This document shows, in pieces, positions 24,019 to 32,914 of a stretch of DNA of 36,455 nt. The translations under genes and the position numbers were made by a program. The stretch's first letter is position 1. Each line of letters begins with the position of its first letter. The stretch is from the IMG/VR virus record IMGVR_UViG_3300027975_000009, positions 1 through 36,455 of that record; one strand, given 5' to 3'. The notes under the pieces are model-generated. The model ran no database searches, was not told where the DNA came from, and saw only the letters and a list, made by a program, of their open reading frames with translations. This stretch comes from a virus (Duplodnaviria > Caudoviricetes).

Positions 24019-26506
24019 GATTATCTACGAAGCCGAGGCAACGAGCCTGAAGGCAACAGTCAATCAAGTAAACAAGGCAAACAGCGAAGTTGTAAAAGAT
24101 GCGCAAGTGTCTGCGCAAAAGGTAAGTGACAGCTTCAAAGAGGCTGGCAATAACATTGCCAATGCTTTCGCAAATCAGAAGATTAAGACTGGGCTTGATA
24201 ACCTAAACAAAGAACTTAAGCAGACCTCAGCTGTTGTAGTTAAATCAGCGCAAGATGTATCTAAGTTTGAAGACAGGCTTCGTGAATTATCAATCGCAGG
24301 CCAGCGCAACACAGACGAATTTAAAGATATTGCGAAGGCAGTCGGAGAATACAAGTCGGCCATCATTGCCGCTGACCGTGCTGTTGACTTATACGCCAAG
24401 TCTACCGATGCCGCAACTGGACGAATCGGCGAGCTTGAAGATAAGCTCTACGACTTAGCACTTGCTGGCAAAAGCAATACCAGGGAGTTCAAGGATATTG
24501 TTCGTGAGGTTGCTAATGTTAGGCGTGCTGTAATTGAAACCGATGCGCAGGTCGATGCGCTTGCGCAACGTGGTGCAAGGTTCAAGGGATTTGTGCAGAA
24601 TGTAGAACTTGTTGGCAGTGCATTCCAAGCTGTGGAAGGTGCTCAGGCATTGATTGGTCAAGAGAACGAAGATCTTCAGAAAACGCTTGTGAGGCTTCAG
24701 GCAATCACAGCAATCACTTCAGGGATTGAACAAGCCAGAGTCTTGATACTTGAGCAGCTTGCAGCTAAGACTGGGGTTGCTGGTGCAGCTCAATCTGCTT
24801 ACAATGTTATCGTTGGTACATCCACTGGATTGCTCAAAGGATTTAGAATAGCTTTGGCAGCCACAGGGATTGGGGCCTTTGTTATTGGCTTAGTTGCCTT
24901 AGTTGAGAACTTCGATAAAGTTAAGAGAACACTTGAGAATTCGATACCTGGGTTTAAGACTGTGACCAATGCGATTGGGTCCGCAGTAGATAAATTCAAG
25001 GAGTTTATTGGTTTATCTGATGAAGCAGATAAATCCGCTTCTGCTTTTGAAGCTGCATCGAAAAAGAGACAGACCGCACTTAATGAAACAGTCAAGGGAA
25101 TTGAGCGGCAAATAGATGTCGAGAAGGCCGCAGGCCGTTCGAGTGTTGCTCTTGAGATAGAAAGGGAAGAGGCTGTAATTGCAGCAAATAAAGCTATATT
25201 TAAAGACTATCAAGATAGAGCATTCGAGCTTGTTAAATTGGATGCTGAGCAAAAGCAAAAGGCAGTTGACATTGCGCGTGAGGCTGTCGAGCAAATTAAA
25301 GATGCGGAAAATAATTTAAAAGTAATCAAGATTGAGGCTGCTAAGGAAGCAGCGGAGACAGAGCTTGAAGTTGCAAAGGCTTCGCGTGAATCAATAAACA
25401 AGCTTGATGAGCAGAATGCTGAGTTTAGTAAAAATCTAAGATTATCCATTGAGCAAGAATATCAGAAAGAACTTCAGAAGCTTGCTGAGGACAAAAAGAA
25501 GCGTGATGAAGAAATAGCAAAAAGCTTTGAATCGATTAATGAAGATTTGATTGATGGCCAGATAAACAGGCTTAGAAGGTTAGAAGCTGAAGAGGGTAGT
25601 ACATCAGACCGCCGCATCCAGCTTATTGAATTAGAATCAAAAAAGCAAATTGATGCAATACGTTTGACTGTTGATGAAAAGGCAAAAGCAGACAATCAAA
25701 TTAAACTTATAGAAGCCGAGACTCAGAAGGCAATTCGTGATGAGCGAAAGAAGTCACGTGATGAAGCAATCGACAATGCGCTTCAGATAGCAAATGAGAC
25801 AATTGAACTATTCGGAAATATTTTGCAGATTCAACAGATTCAATCTCAGCAAAGGATTGAGCAGATTGATGCGGCAAGTCAAAAAGAACTTGAGGCCATT
25901 GATAAGTCATCACAAACTGAAGCGGAGAAGCAACGCCAGCGCGATGCTTTGAACTTAAGGACTCAGCAGAGGATTGCAGCCGAAAAGACAAAGCAGGCGC
26001 AGAGTGAAAAGACTCTCGCAATATTTACTGCTGTGATTAACACTGCTGCTGAGGTGACAAAGAACATTGCCAATCCTGTGCTTGCTGCCATTACTGCCGC
26101 TGCCGGTCTTGCACAGATTGCCATCATATCTGCACAGCCAGTGCCTAAGTTCAAGAAGGGTGGACCGGTAGGCGGTAGAAGCCATGAGGCTGGAGGCACA
26201 TTGATTGAGGCGGAGAAAGGCGAGTATGTGGTGAACAAGAGCTCAGTGGCACGCCATCGCCAAGCATTGGATGCAATGAACACATCAAGTGCTGCATTCA
26301 AGAAGTTCATCGATGAGAAGTATGTGCGCCCTGCCATCGCTGGCTATGCTATGAACAGCAAGCGTGATGGCATTACTGTTAATGCATCGCTGAATAGCAA
26401 GAGCATGGAGCGTGAGTTGAAAGGATTGCGGAAGGATATGCGAAACAAGAACACAGTGATTAATTTTAACGGCAGCGATTCGCGATACTCATGGCAGCAG
26501 AATTAA
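23999..26506 (+). CDS. Tail tape measure protein
   Basis: 835 aa, Ala/Glu/Lys-rich helical, ALAATGIGAFVIGL hydrophobic segment, C-terminal PKFKKGG...GRSHEAGG...AEKGEYVVN. Confidence 0.9.
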   Translation: MATAKVEIIYEAEATSLKATVNQVNKANSEVVKDAQVSAQKVSDSFKEAGNNIANAFANQKIKTGLDNLNKELKQTSAVVVKSAQDVSKFEDRLRELSIAGQRNTDEFKDIAKAVGEYKSAIIAADRAVDLYAKSTDAATGRIGELEDKLYDLALAGKSNTREFKDIVREVANVRRAVIETDAQVDALAQRGARFKGFVQNVELVGSAFQAVEGAQALIGQENEDLQKTLVRLQAITAITSGIEQARVLILEQLAAKTGVAGAAQSAYNVIVGTSTGLLKGFRIALAATGIGAFVIGLVALVENFDKVKRTLENSIPGFKTVTNAIGSAVDKFKEFIGLSDEADKSASAFEAASKKRQTALNETVKGIERQIDVEKAAGRSSVALEIEREEAVIAANKAIFKDYQDRAFELVKLDAEQKQKAVDIAREAVEQIKDAENNLKVIKIEAAKEAAETELEVAKASRESINKLDEQNAEFSKNLRLSIEQEYQKELQKLAEDKKKRDEEIAKSFESINEDLIDGQINRLRRLEAEEGSTSDRRIQLIELESKKQIDAIRLTVDEKAKADNQIKLIEAETQKAIRDERKKSRDEAIDNALQIANETIELFGNILQIQQIQSQQRIEQIDAASQKELEAIDKSSQTEAEKQRQRDALNLRTQQRIAAEKTKQAQSEKTLAIFTAVINTAAEVTKNIANPVLAAITAAAGLAQIAIISAQPVPKFKKGGPVGGRSHEAGGTLIEAEKGEYVVNKSSVARHRQALDAMNTSSAAFKKFIDEKYVRPAIAGYAMNSKRDGITVNASLNSKSMERELKGLRKDMRNKNTVINFNGSDSRYSWQQN

Positions 26507-28485
26507 AGTTTTTGATTGACGGCTTGGATAGGGGCCAGCCATTGAATCCGGAGGACTTTGGCATCACGATAAATGAAGATGATAGCATTGGAGCTCGCAT
26601 AGTTTCCTACGATGCCGAGCTAATCTTCGGAGGCGATGTGTTCACGTATCTTTACAGCAAGCTTGAAACAACTGGCTACTGCGAATTGGTGCAATGCTCG
26701 GTGCAATATCTTTGCCCATCAGGAACGTGGGAGCGATTGGTGGATGGGTACATCATTGCAACCGAATGCGCCTTCCTGCTTGACCGGTGCCAGGTGAAGA
26801 CCAAGCTTTATGATGAAAGCTTCAGCACCAAGATCAATAACAACAAAGCGATTCCGTTCTCAATGGATTTGACATTGTCAAAGAATGGAACGACAATCAT
26901 TCCGCCCACAAGAAAGACTTTGCGATTGTTCAATCCTGCCAATGGTGCAACAATTAATCCTCCTTCAATATGCTTTACTGTTTATGATACATTCACTCAT
27001 TTGGTGAATTGCATGAGTGATGGCTTGATTGATTTCCATTCTGATTTCTTTTTTATTCCATTTACATCAGCACAGCCTAACGTATTTGTTTACACTCAGG
27101 GCAATGTGATGCGCGGATTAATAGGCCAGGAGATTGTTGCAACCTTTGAGACCCTTTACAACGCTTTACGATTTAAACTGAATCTTGGAATTGGATTCGA
27201 AAGGCAATCTAATGGCAGGCCATTATTGCGCATAGAGCCAATTGCCTATTTCCAGCAAAGCACTCCATCGAGCAATTTGTATGATCAGCCAGACATCGAG
27301 ATGAAGTTCGATGTCTCAAGACTTTATGCAGCTGTGAATTTTGGCAGCAGTCCAATGCTTGAGGACTTTGAGTGCGATGGAGGCGAGACAGCCTGCTCAT
27401 TCGTGCAGACTCCATTCAGGGGATTCAGAGATGAGACATTCGGATTCATTGGAGAATGCAACTCATCGAATGTTTTAAGACTTAAAACTGATGAGATAGT
27501 ATTCGATACAAATGTGATTGAGGACGTTGTAAGATTCAACAATCAGAACTATGACAACAACGGCTTTGTGATTCAATCCGATGTTGTAACCTCATCAATC
27601 CTGCAAGCTTCTGAGGGAGATCCGTATTCAATTGGCGGTTTTGTTTATAATGATTTATTTAGAAACGAATCTGTTTCGGCAAATTGGATCAGTGGATATC
27701 CGAATTCGTTGCAATCATTTTTATCCGGCTTCGATCCTATATTGACTCAGTTTAATGCAAGGGCAACGGTTGACACTCAATGCTGGGATATTGATGACGG
27801 AGTATGGATTTCATACAACGAATCGACAGGAAATTATCTTTCATTCCCGAATGAGATAAGTGATGTAGGCAACAACTTCAACGGCACTGAGTATGTGGTG
27901 CCATTTACGGGGCTTTACACGTTCGTGCTTGTGGTGCAGTTCGATTCTGTATTCACAACTGGAAATAAGTTGAGCAAGGCAATCATTAGACACCAGACTA
28001 CTAACGATGTTGACATCGCATTCTATGAAGGAGCTGTTGTGACATCGACAACTGCAAGCTTTGTGCAGACTTTGGTGACAGCGCAATTCGTTTGCAATGC
28101 TGGCGATAAGATTAAAGCTGATGCTGCCGGTCAATTAACAGCAGCAGGCCCACCGGCACAACAGTGCATACTATCTCAATGGACCGATATTCCAAGCGGC
28201 ACAACCTTTAGAACTACATTCAGCGGAAACGGAATCCCATTGCTACCTTCAGAACTTCAGCCAGTCGACATCAACGATGTGCAGACCTATCTATACAAGT
28301 TCAAACGTCCTCTGACGATGGCAGAGATAAACGCCATTACAAGCGAACCATCGAAGCCAATTCTATTGGGTCGGAAAGATGATGTTCTTGCGGTTTCTCC
28401 GACCTACATCAAAGCAATCAACATTGAATCAGTCATGCGCAAAGGCGCGCAATTCGAACTAAGATCCAACAAGCTACTGCCATGA
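26491..28485 (+). CDS. Tail tip/hub protein
   Basis: Directly after TMP; beta-rich; internal YVVPFTGLYTF C1q/TNF-like segment. Confidence 0.7.
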   Translation: MAAELKFLIDGLDRGQPLNPEDFGITINEDDSIGARIVSYDAELIFGGDVFTYLYSKLETTGYCELVQCSVQYLCPSGTWERLVDGYIIATECAFLLDRCQVKTKLYDESFSTKINNNKAIPFSMDLTLSKNGTTIIPPTRKTLRLFNPANGATINPPSICFTVYDTFTHLVNCMSDGLIDFHSDFFFIPFTSAQPNVFVYTQGNVMRGLIGQEIVATFETLYNALRFKLNLGIGFERQSNGRPLLRIEPIAYFQQSTPSSNLYDQPDIEMKFDVSRLYAAVNFGSSPMLEDFECDGGETACSFVQTPFRGFRDETFGFIGECNSSNVLRLKTDEIVFDTNVIEDVVRFNNQNYDNNGFVIQSDVVTSSILQASEGDPYSIGGFVYNDLFRNESVSANWISGYPNSLQSFLSGFDPILTQFNARATVDTQCWDIDDGVWISYNESTGNYLSFPNEISDVGNNFNGTEYVVPFTGLYTFVLVVQFDSVFTTGNKLSKAIIRHQTTNDVDIAFYEGAVVTSTTASFVQTLVTAQFVCNAGDKIKADAAGQLTAAGPPAQQCILSQWTDIPSGTTFRTTFSGNGIPLLPSELQPVDINDVQTYLYKFKRPLTMAEINAITSEPSKPILLGRKDDVLAVSPTYIKAINIESVMRKGAQFELRSNKLLP

Positions 28486-30110
28486 GTTATACCTCGATAC
28501 CTAACCAACCGATAATCTTCAATTCTATTTTGCCTGAAGGCTGCGAGGGCTGTGGCTCGGAGTATTCGCAGTTGGTAGATTTCAACGACCAATTATTCTA
28601 CCAACTTGAAGTAGGCGTTTGCGGCGTATCCAAAAGAGGAGACCAAATATTATTCGGTGATTGGACACAATCGGGAAGCACGATAACGGGAACGGGCAAT
28701 CTTGGTGGATATGTTGAAGGCCGAATACTTTATGACATCGTTCGCAATTGGAGAATAACGGTAACAATAGACACATATAACAGCGGAACATTATCTGTTG
28801 GAACGCTGGTAGGCACAACTGTGAATTTATCCGCACCGGGTACGCACACGTTTATAATCGACAATTATGACCAGACCAATAACGAAATTGCGTTCTTTTT
28901 CGCAGGATTGTCTGGAGATGAATTCGATGGCACATTCACGGTTGACCAAATTGAAACGTTAGCAAGCGGCTGGCTATTTACAGGATTGGTAGATGCGCAA
29001 ACCCTTGCGATAGTTCAAAGGTTTGACCCCGTTCTAACTTTAAGGGATAACTATCTAACGGCTGCAATCAACATGGCCGATTACGATATCGAGCCGGGCT
29101 GCTATCGGTTAGCGATTGCGGACTATTGCGAAAATACTTGCGGTCAGTATTTCATTTACAACCCGTTCTTCAATGGCCCGTCCTTAGCAAGCGGCTGGAC
29201 TTCGAATCCAATTGTTGGGTCAACAAATTGGACGGTAGGTAATGGCGAGGCAGCGATTGAATTATCAGGCACGAACTCAACTGAGCTGGTAAGTGTTACG
29301 GAGTTGTGCGAGGATAAGGATTACTACATCACAATCGTTGTAGATACCATTGACAACTGCACACTTGAGCTGCAAGTTGACGGCATCATATACGGCCCTA
29401 CAATAACAACGGCAGGCACGTATAGCTTTCTTATAACGCCAACAACAAACGGCGCGGTTAGCTTACTTGGAACATCCATAAGCGGTTCTCGAAATGAGAT
29501 AATCGTTACCAAGATAACCGTGCAAGCCGATAAGAACTGGGCAACCTATGACCAGTACAGCGACCTAATCAGCGTAGGGGATTTCTCGGACGATTGCAAG
29601 TTCTTCAAGCTTGAAGGCTGTAATGCGGAGAATCAATTCGGCCTCGCGTTTAATGGCACATCGTTCTTGCCTGGCATCCGTTTGGAGGGCCGCAGATTCA
29701 GAGCTCAGTACAACTCGGATGTGGACTTGTTCAGATATGCAAGCGGCAAGGCTGTGACATCCTATGCGGATATTCGCAAGCGTGTGTCCTTCTTCTTTGG
29801 CCAATTGCCTGAGTACGTATTCGACTTCCTTTCGATTATCACGTACTTCGACAACTTGTATGTGAACGGCGATTTGTATTCGCCAGCTGAGGCTGACTTC
29901 CCAGACATCGAGTACAACGATGCCAATGAACTTGGCTCCATCACCATCGACTTGTATAAGAAGAACGACAGGGTGCGTAAGACTGTCTGTACGGCAGCCG
30001 ATGCGAACTGCCTACCTTCGATATTGGATTTGGATACTGAGCCGTTTATATTGGCTCAGGATGGCGATCGCTTGCTAACACAAGACAACATCAATTTGTA
30101 TCAAGAATAA
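28482..30110 (+). CDS. Tail/baseplate protein with carbohydrate-binding-like inserts and C-terminal LLTQD motif
   Basis: Beta-rich, two Thr/Gly-rich inserts; ends FILAQDGDRLLTQDNINLYQE. Confidence 0.65.
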   Translation: MSYTSIPNQPIIFNSILPEGCEGCGSEYSQLVDFNDQLFYQLEVGVCGVSKRGDQILFGDWTQSGSTITGTGNLGGYVEGRILYDIVRNWRITVTIDTYNSGTLSVGTLVGTTVNLSAPGTHTFIIDNYDQTNNEIAFFFAGLSGDEFDGTFTVDQIETLASGWLFTGLVDAQTLAIVQRFDPVLTLRDNYLTAAINMADYDIEPGCYRLAIADYCENTCGQYFIYNPFFNGPSLASGWTSNPIVGSTNWTVGNGEAAIELSGTNSTELVSVTELCEDKDYYITIVVDTIDNCTLELQVDGIIYGPTITTAGTYSFLITPTTNGAVSLLGTSISGSRNEIIVTKITVQADKNWATYDQYSDLISVGDFSDDCKFFKLEGCNAENQFGLAFNGTSFLPGIRLEGRRFRAQYNSDVDLFRYASGKAVTSYADIRKRVSFFFGQLPEYVFDFLSIITYFDNLYVNGDLYSPAEADFPDIEYNDANELGSITIDLYKKNDRVRKTVCTAADANCLPSILDLDTEPFILAQDGDRLLTQDNINLYQE

Positions 30111-30115
30111 ATTCG

Positions 30116-30123
30116 TATATTTG
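30116..30123 (+). promoter_or_regulatory. -7 promoter box TATATTTG for the tail tube gene
   Basis: TAnnTTTG ~80 nt upstream of ATG 30205. Confidence 0.7.
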
Positions 30124-30134
30124 CACAGATCATC

Positions 30135-30201
30135 ATAGAGACGTAGGACTTAGTGAGCCATCCTATTCAACTGGCATCACACCAACAAATTAAATCTCTA
30201 T
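30135..30201 (+). promoter_or_regulatory. Structured 5' leader with pseudoknot (tail tube)
   Basis: Stems ATAGAGA/TCTCTAT and TAGGA/TCCTA; loop GTGAGCCA pairs with downstream TGGCaTCAC. Confidence 0.6.
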
Positions 30202-30204
30202 ACT

Positions 30205-30744
30205 ATGGCTTGTGTAAGCTACTGCGACTCTTCGCTACTTGATCACAACTTAGTAAACTGCAACGAATACAAGCTCGGTGGCGTTTCTGCGATTATCGTA
30301 GGAGCCTGTGGAACAGAACTTGTGAATCCTGAAGATGAGGCAGCACTTGAAGCATTGCTTTTGAATGGCACTGCAAAGCTCATCGAGGATATCCGCTTCG
30401 CTCTTCCTGCTGGTTCTCCGGTAACTGTTGACAGCCCAATCGGCTGCGGTACTCCTATTCGTATTAATGAAGACCGTACTGCAACCCTGTTTGATGCAAA
30501 CGTAACTGATGAAAACAATACTTTCTGGAATGATGTAAACAACCGCCGCATCGCATGGATACTTGCGTACATGTGCGACAGCGGAAAGGTGATATACATC
30601 GATCCACCACAAGGATTGACTACCTCAGCGAACTTCATCTTGCCTGAGCAGAACAATGAATTGCAGCGTTACGAAGTAACATTCTCATGGCGCGATAAGA
30701 ACATCCCAACACAATACGAGGCCCCTGCTGGCATCTTTGGATAA
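30205..30744 (+). CDS. Major tail (tube) protein (putative)
   Basis: 179 aa, acidic and beta-rich, LGGVSAI N-terminal and YEVTFSW C-terminal strands, own promoter and an MCP-like leader. Confidence 0.65.
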   Translation: MACVSYCDSSLLDHNLVNCNEYKLGGVSAIIVGACGTELVNPEDEAALEALLLNGTAKLIEDIRFALPAGSPVTVDSPIGCGTPIRINEDRTATLFDANVTDENNTFWNDVNNRRIAWILAYMCDSGKVIYIDPPQGLTTSANFILPEQNNELQRYEVTFSWRDKNIPTQYEAPAGIFG

Positions 30745-31664
30745 TGGATATTCAACCAACAAATCAGAGTGACAAGCACGCCTCAACAGGGGTGGTGCTT
30801 GTTGCTTTTGGTAAGCCTCAGTATTATCAAGCGGCTTATCTGTTGGCCTATTCTATTAAGCGATTCAATAAGGATTTGCAGATTGCATTGATAAGCGATG
30901 CAAAAGATCGTGCTTTGTATTACTGCTATGATTTACTGCATGTGATTGATATACATGTTGAACTTCCAGAGCAGCACATCTACACGAATAAAAAATTAGA
31001 TCCAGGCAAGGCGAAAGTTTTGCTTTACGATTACTTGCCATACCAGAACAACCTATACCTTGATGTAGATGCTGTATGCCTGAAAGACTTGCAGCCTTTG
31101 ATTGATATCTGCATGGCATCAGATGCGCCATACATTACTCATGTCATGGGTGAGCATAACATCGACAAAGGCAGAGACTTCAGGGACATGCAATGGGCGT
31201 GGGCTGATCATGTATGGGAGCACTTTGGACTTAATACGTCCGACACGATTTACGCAATTAACAGCTCGATTCAGTTCATCAAGAAATGTGAAACGAGCGA
31301 AAAGATATACGCCATTGCCTCGAATGAATACCTCAACAACCCGATGCCTCTTGGAAAGCTTCGCATGAAGTGGGGAGGTGGCCAGCCTGATGAGCTTTAT
31401 ATGAATGTGGCATTCGGCAAGGCTAAGTACAAGCCGGAAGATATTGATGCCATATGCTTTCAGATGCAGAGGCAATACAGCTATTCAGAAATTGAAAGCA
31501 AGTTTTATTTAATGAGCTACTTTGGCGGCAAAGGATTCACTCCCAGCTTTTACATTGACTGGCTAGACCGAAAACTCAAAGCATGGATGCAAGAGGACGG
31601 CATCACTCATAAATATTTTATTCACAGAATAACAGATCACAAGCATGCAGACCCAAAGCGATAA
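30744..31664 (+). CDS. GT-A fold glycosyltransferase (GT8-like)
   Basis: VVLVAFG, LAYSIK, KAK..LY, LYLDVD (DxD), INSS, QPDE. Confidence 0.75.
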   Translation: MDIQPTNQSDKHASTGVVLVAFGKPQYYQAAYLLAYSIKRFNKDLQIALISDAKDRALYYCYDLLHVIDIHVELPEQHIYTNKKLDPGKAKVLLYDYLPYQNNLYLDVDAVCLKDLQPLIDICMASDAPYITHVMGEHNIDKGRDFRDMQWAWADHVWEHFGLNTSDTIYAINSSIQFIKKCETSEKIYAIASNEYLNNPMPLGKLRMKWGGGQPDELYMNVAFGKAKYKPEDIDAICFQMQRQYSYSEIESKFYLMSYFGGKGFTPSFYIDWLDRKLKAWMQEDGITHKYFIHRITDHKHADPKR

Positions 31665-32172
31665 AGAAGTTGTTCGCCATGAATGGAATTCTGAAGATGA
31701 ATGCGGAGCGTTTATGGCATCGCTAATCAAGATGAGCAAGTACAAGACCGTACTTGAGATTGGAGTCTTTGAAGGCGAGACAGCACAGCATCTTATCAAT
31801 GGCATTCCACAAGGTGGGCAGTATATTGGAATTGATATCAATGACTATCGCACTGACAAGACTAAGCAAGCAATGCAAGAACGTGGCAAGTCAATTGAAT
31901 TTATCCTTGGCAATTCACTCGATGAATTAAAGCATTTACCGCATGAACATTTTGACCTTATCTTTATTGATGGAGACCACAGCTTTGAGCATGTATTGGA
32001 AGAATTCAAGATTGCTGAGACTTTGATAAGCCAAGGCGGTGTGATAGTGTTGCATGACACAATCCATTTGGAAGGGCCTCGAAAAGTAGTAGAGCACGCA
32101 TGGTATTATAAGTATAACACAGTCACGGTTAACACTCCAGAAGGGCGTGGCATAACGATATTGAAAAGGTGA
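31645..32172 (+). CDS. Class I SAM-dependent methyltransferase (Methyltransf_24-like)
   Basis: VLEIGVFEG, GID, FDLIFIDGDHS, GGVIVLHD. Confidence 0.9.
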   Translation: MQTQSDKEVVRHEWNSEDECGAFMASLIKMSKYKTVLEIGVFEGETAQHLINGIPQGGQYIGIDINDYRTDKTKQAMQERGKSIEFILGNSLDELKHLPHEHFDLIFIDGDHSFEHVLEEFKIAETLISQGGVIVLHDTIHLEGPRKVVEHAWYYKYNTVTVNTPEGRGITILKR

Positions 32173-32840
32173 ATATCAAAGTAAACATAGCAGTTCAGCG
32201 CAACCGAATAAGCGTAGCACAGCGGTTAATTGATTCGTTAAATAAACAATCGATTAAGCCCGACTTAATTACGATTATATTGCAGGGCTTTCGCCACGAA
32301 TTTAAAAGCTCGATTGAATTAAAATGTGTTTACAACGATAGTAACAAAGGTTCAGCGGAGCGATTAAAGCACGTAGGCGACGGGGTTAACTTAATTATTG
32401 ACGATGACTTTATAGCATCGAACCAATACATTGAAACCGCGCTAAAGGGCTTAGAACGCAACCCTAACGCGTTTTGTTCTTTTTGGGGTTATCGGTTTTT
32501 AAATGACAAAGATTATTTTAAATCTTGGGCTAATCTCGAATCGTGGAAAACGTTTGAAACAGATGTTAAATGTTTAATGCTTGGCGTGGGTTTGTCGGTT
32601 TGGGATGAATCAATTTTAAATTTAAAAGAGGTTCAATTCGAGCGTATTAATTACGTTGATGTTCAATTAGCAGTGCATTGTTTAGCTAACCAAATCGAAC
32701 AATTTAAAATCGCACACCCTGCTAATATTGCGCAGAGTATCGCAGATGTAAGGATTCAGGCTAACGCCCTTTGGCGCGGGCAAATGGATAATAAAGTATT
32801 TTTGCAAAGTCAACACGACAAACTAATCAAGCTATTATGA
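32169..32840 (+). CDS. GT-A fold glycosyltransferase (GT2-like), AT-rich
   Basis: IDSLNKQSIKPD, NKGSAER, LIIDDDF, LGVG, VDV. Confidence 0.75.
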   Translation: MNIKVNIAVQRNRISVAQRLIDSLNKQSIKPDLITIILQGFRHEFKSSIELKCVYNDSNKGSAERLKHVGDGVNLIIDDDFIASNQYIETALKGLERNPNAFCSFWGYRFLNDKDYFKSWANLESWKTFETDVKCLMLGVGLSVWDESILNLKEVQFERINYVDVQLAVHCLANQIEQFKIAHPANIAQSIADVRIQANALWRGQMDNKVFLQSQHDKLIKLL

Positions 32841-32914
32841 AACCAACTTTCTGCCGATCTAAGAGCTGCGGCTCGCACATCATAAACCAACCAACAACTA
32901 AAGCAGTTGCATAA
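32837..32914 (+). CDS. 25-aa micro-ORF MKPTFCRSKSCGSHIINQPTTKAVA
   Basis: ATGA overlap upstream and TAATG overlap with the portal start. Confidence 0.5.
   Translation: MKPTFCRSKSCGSHIINQPTTKAVA

Noticed and set aside
31645-32172. Methyltransferase as a DNA methylase or restriction-modification component
   Set aside because: Lacks DPPY/NPPY or PC motifs; the IDGDH pattern and GT neighbours indicate a small-molecule or sugar O-methyltransferase.
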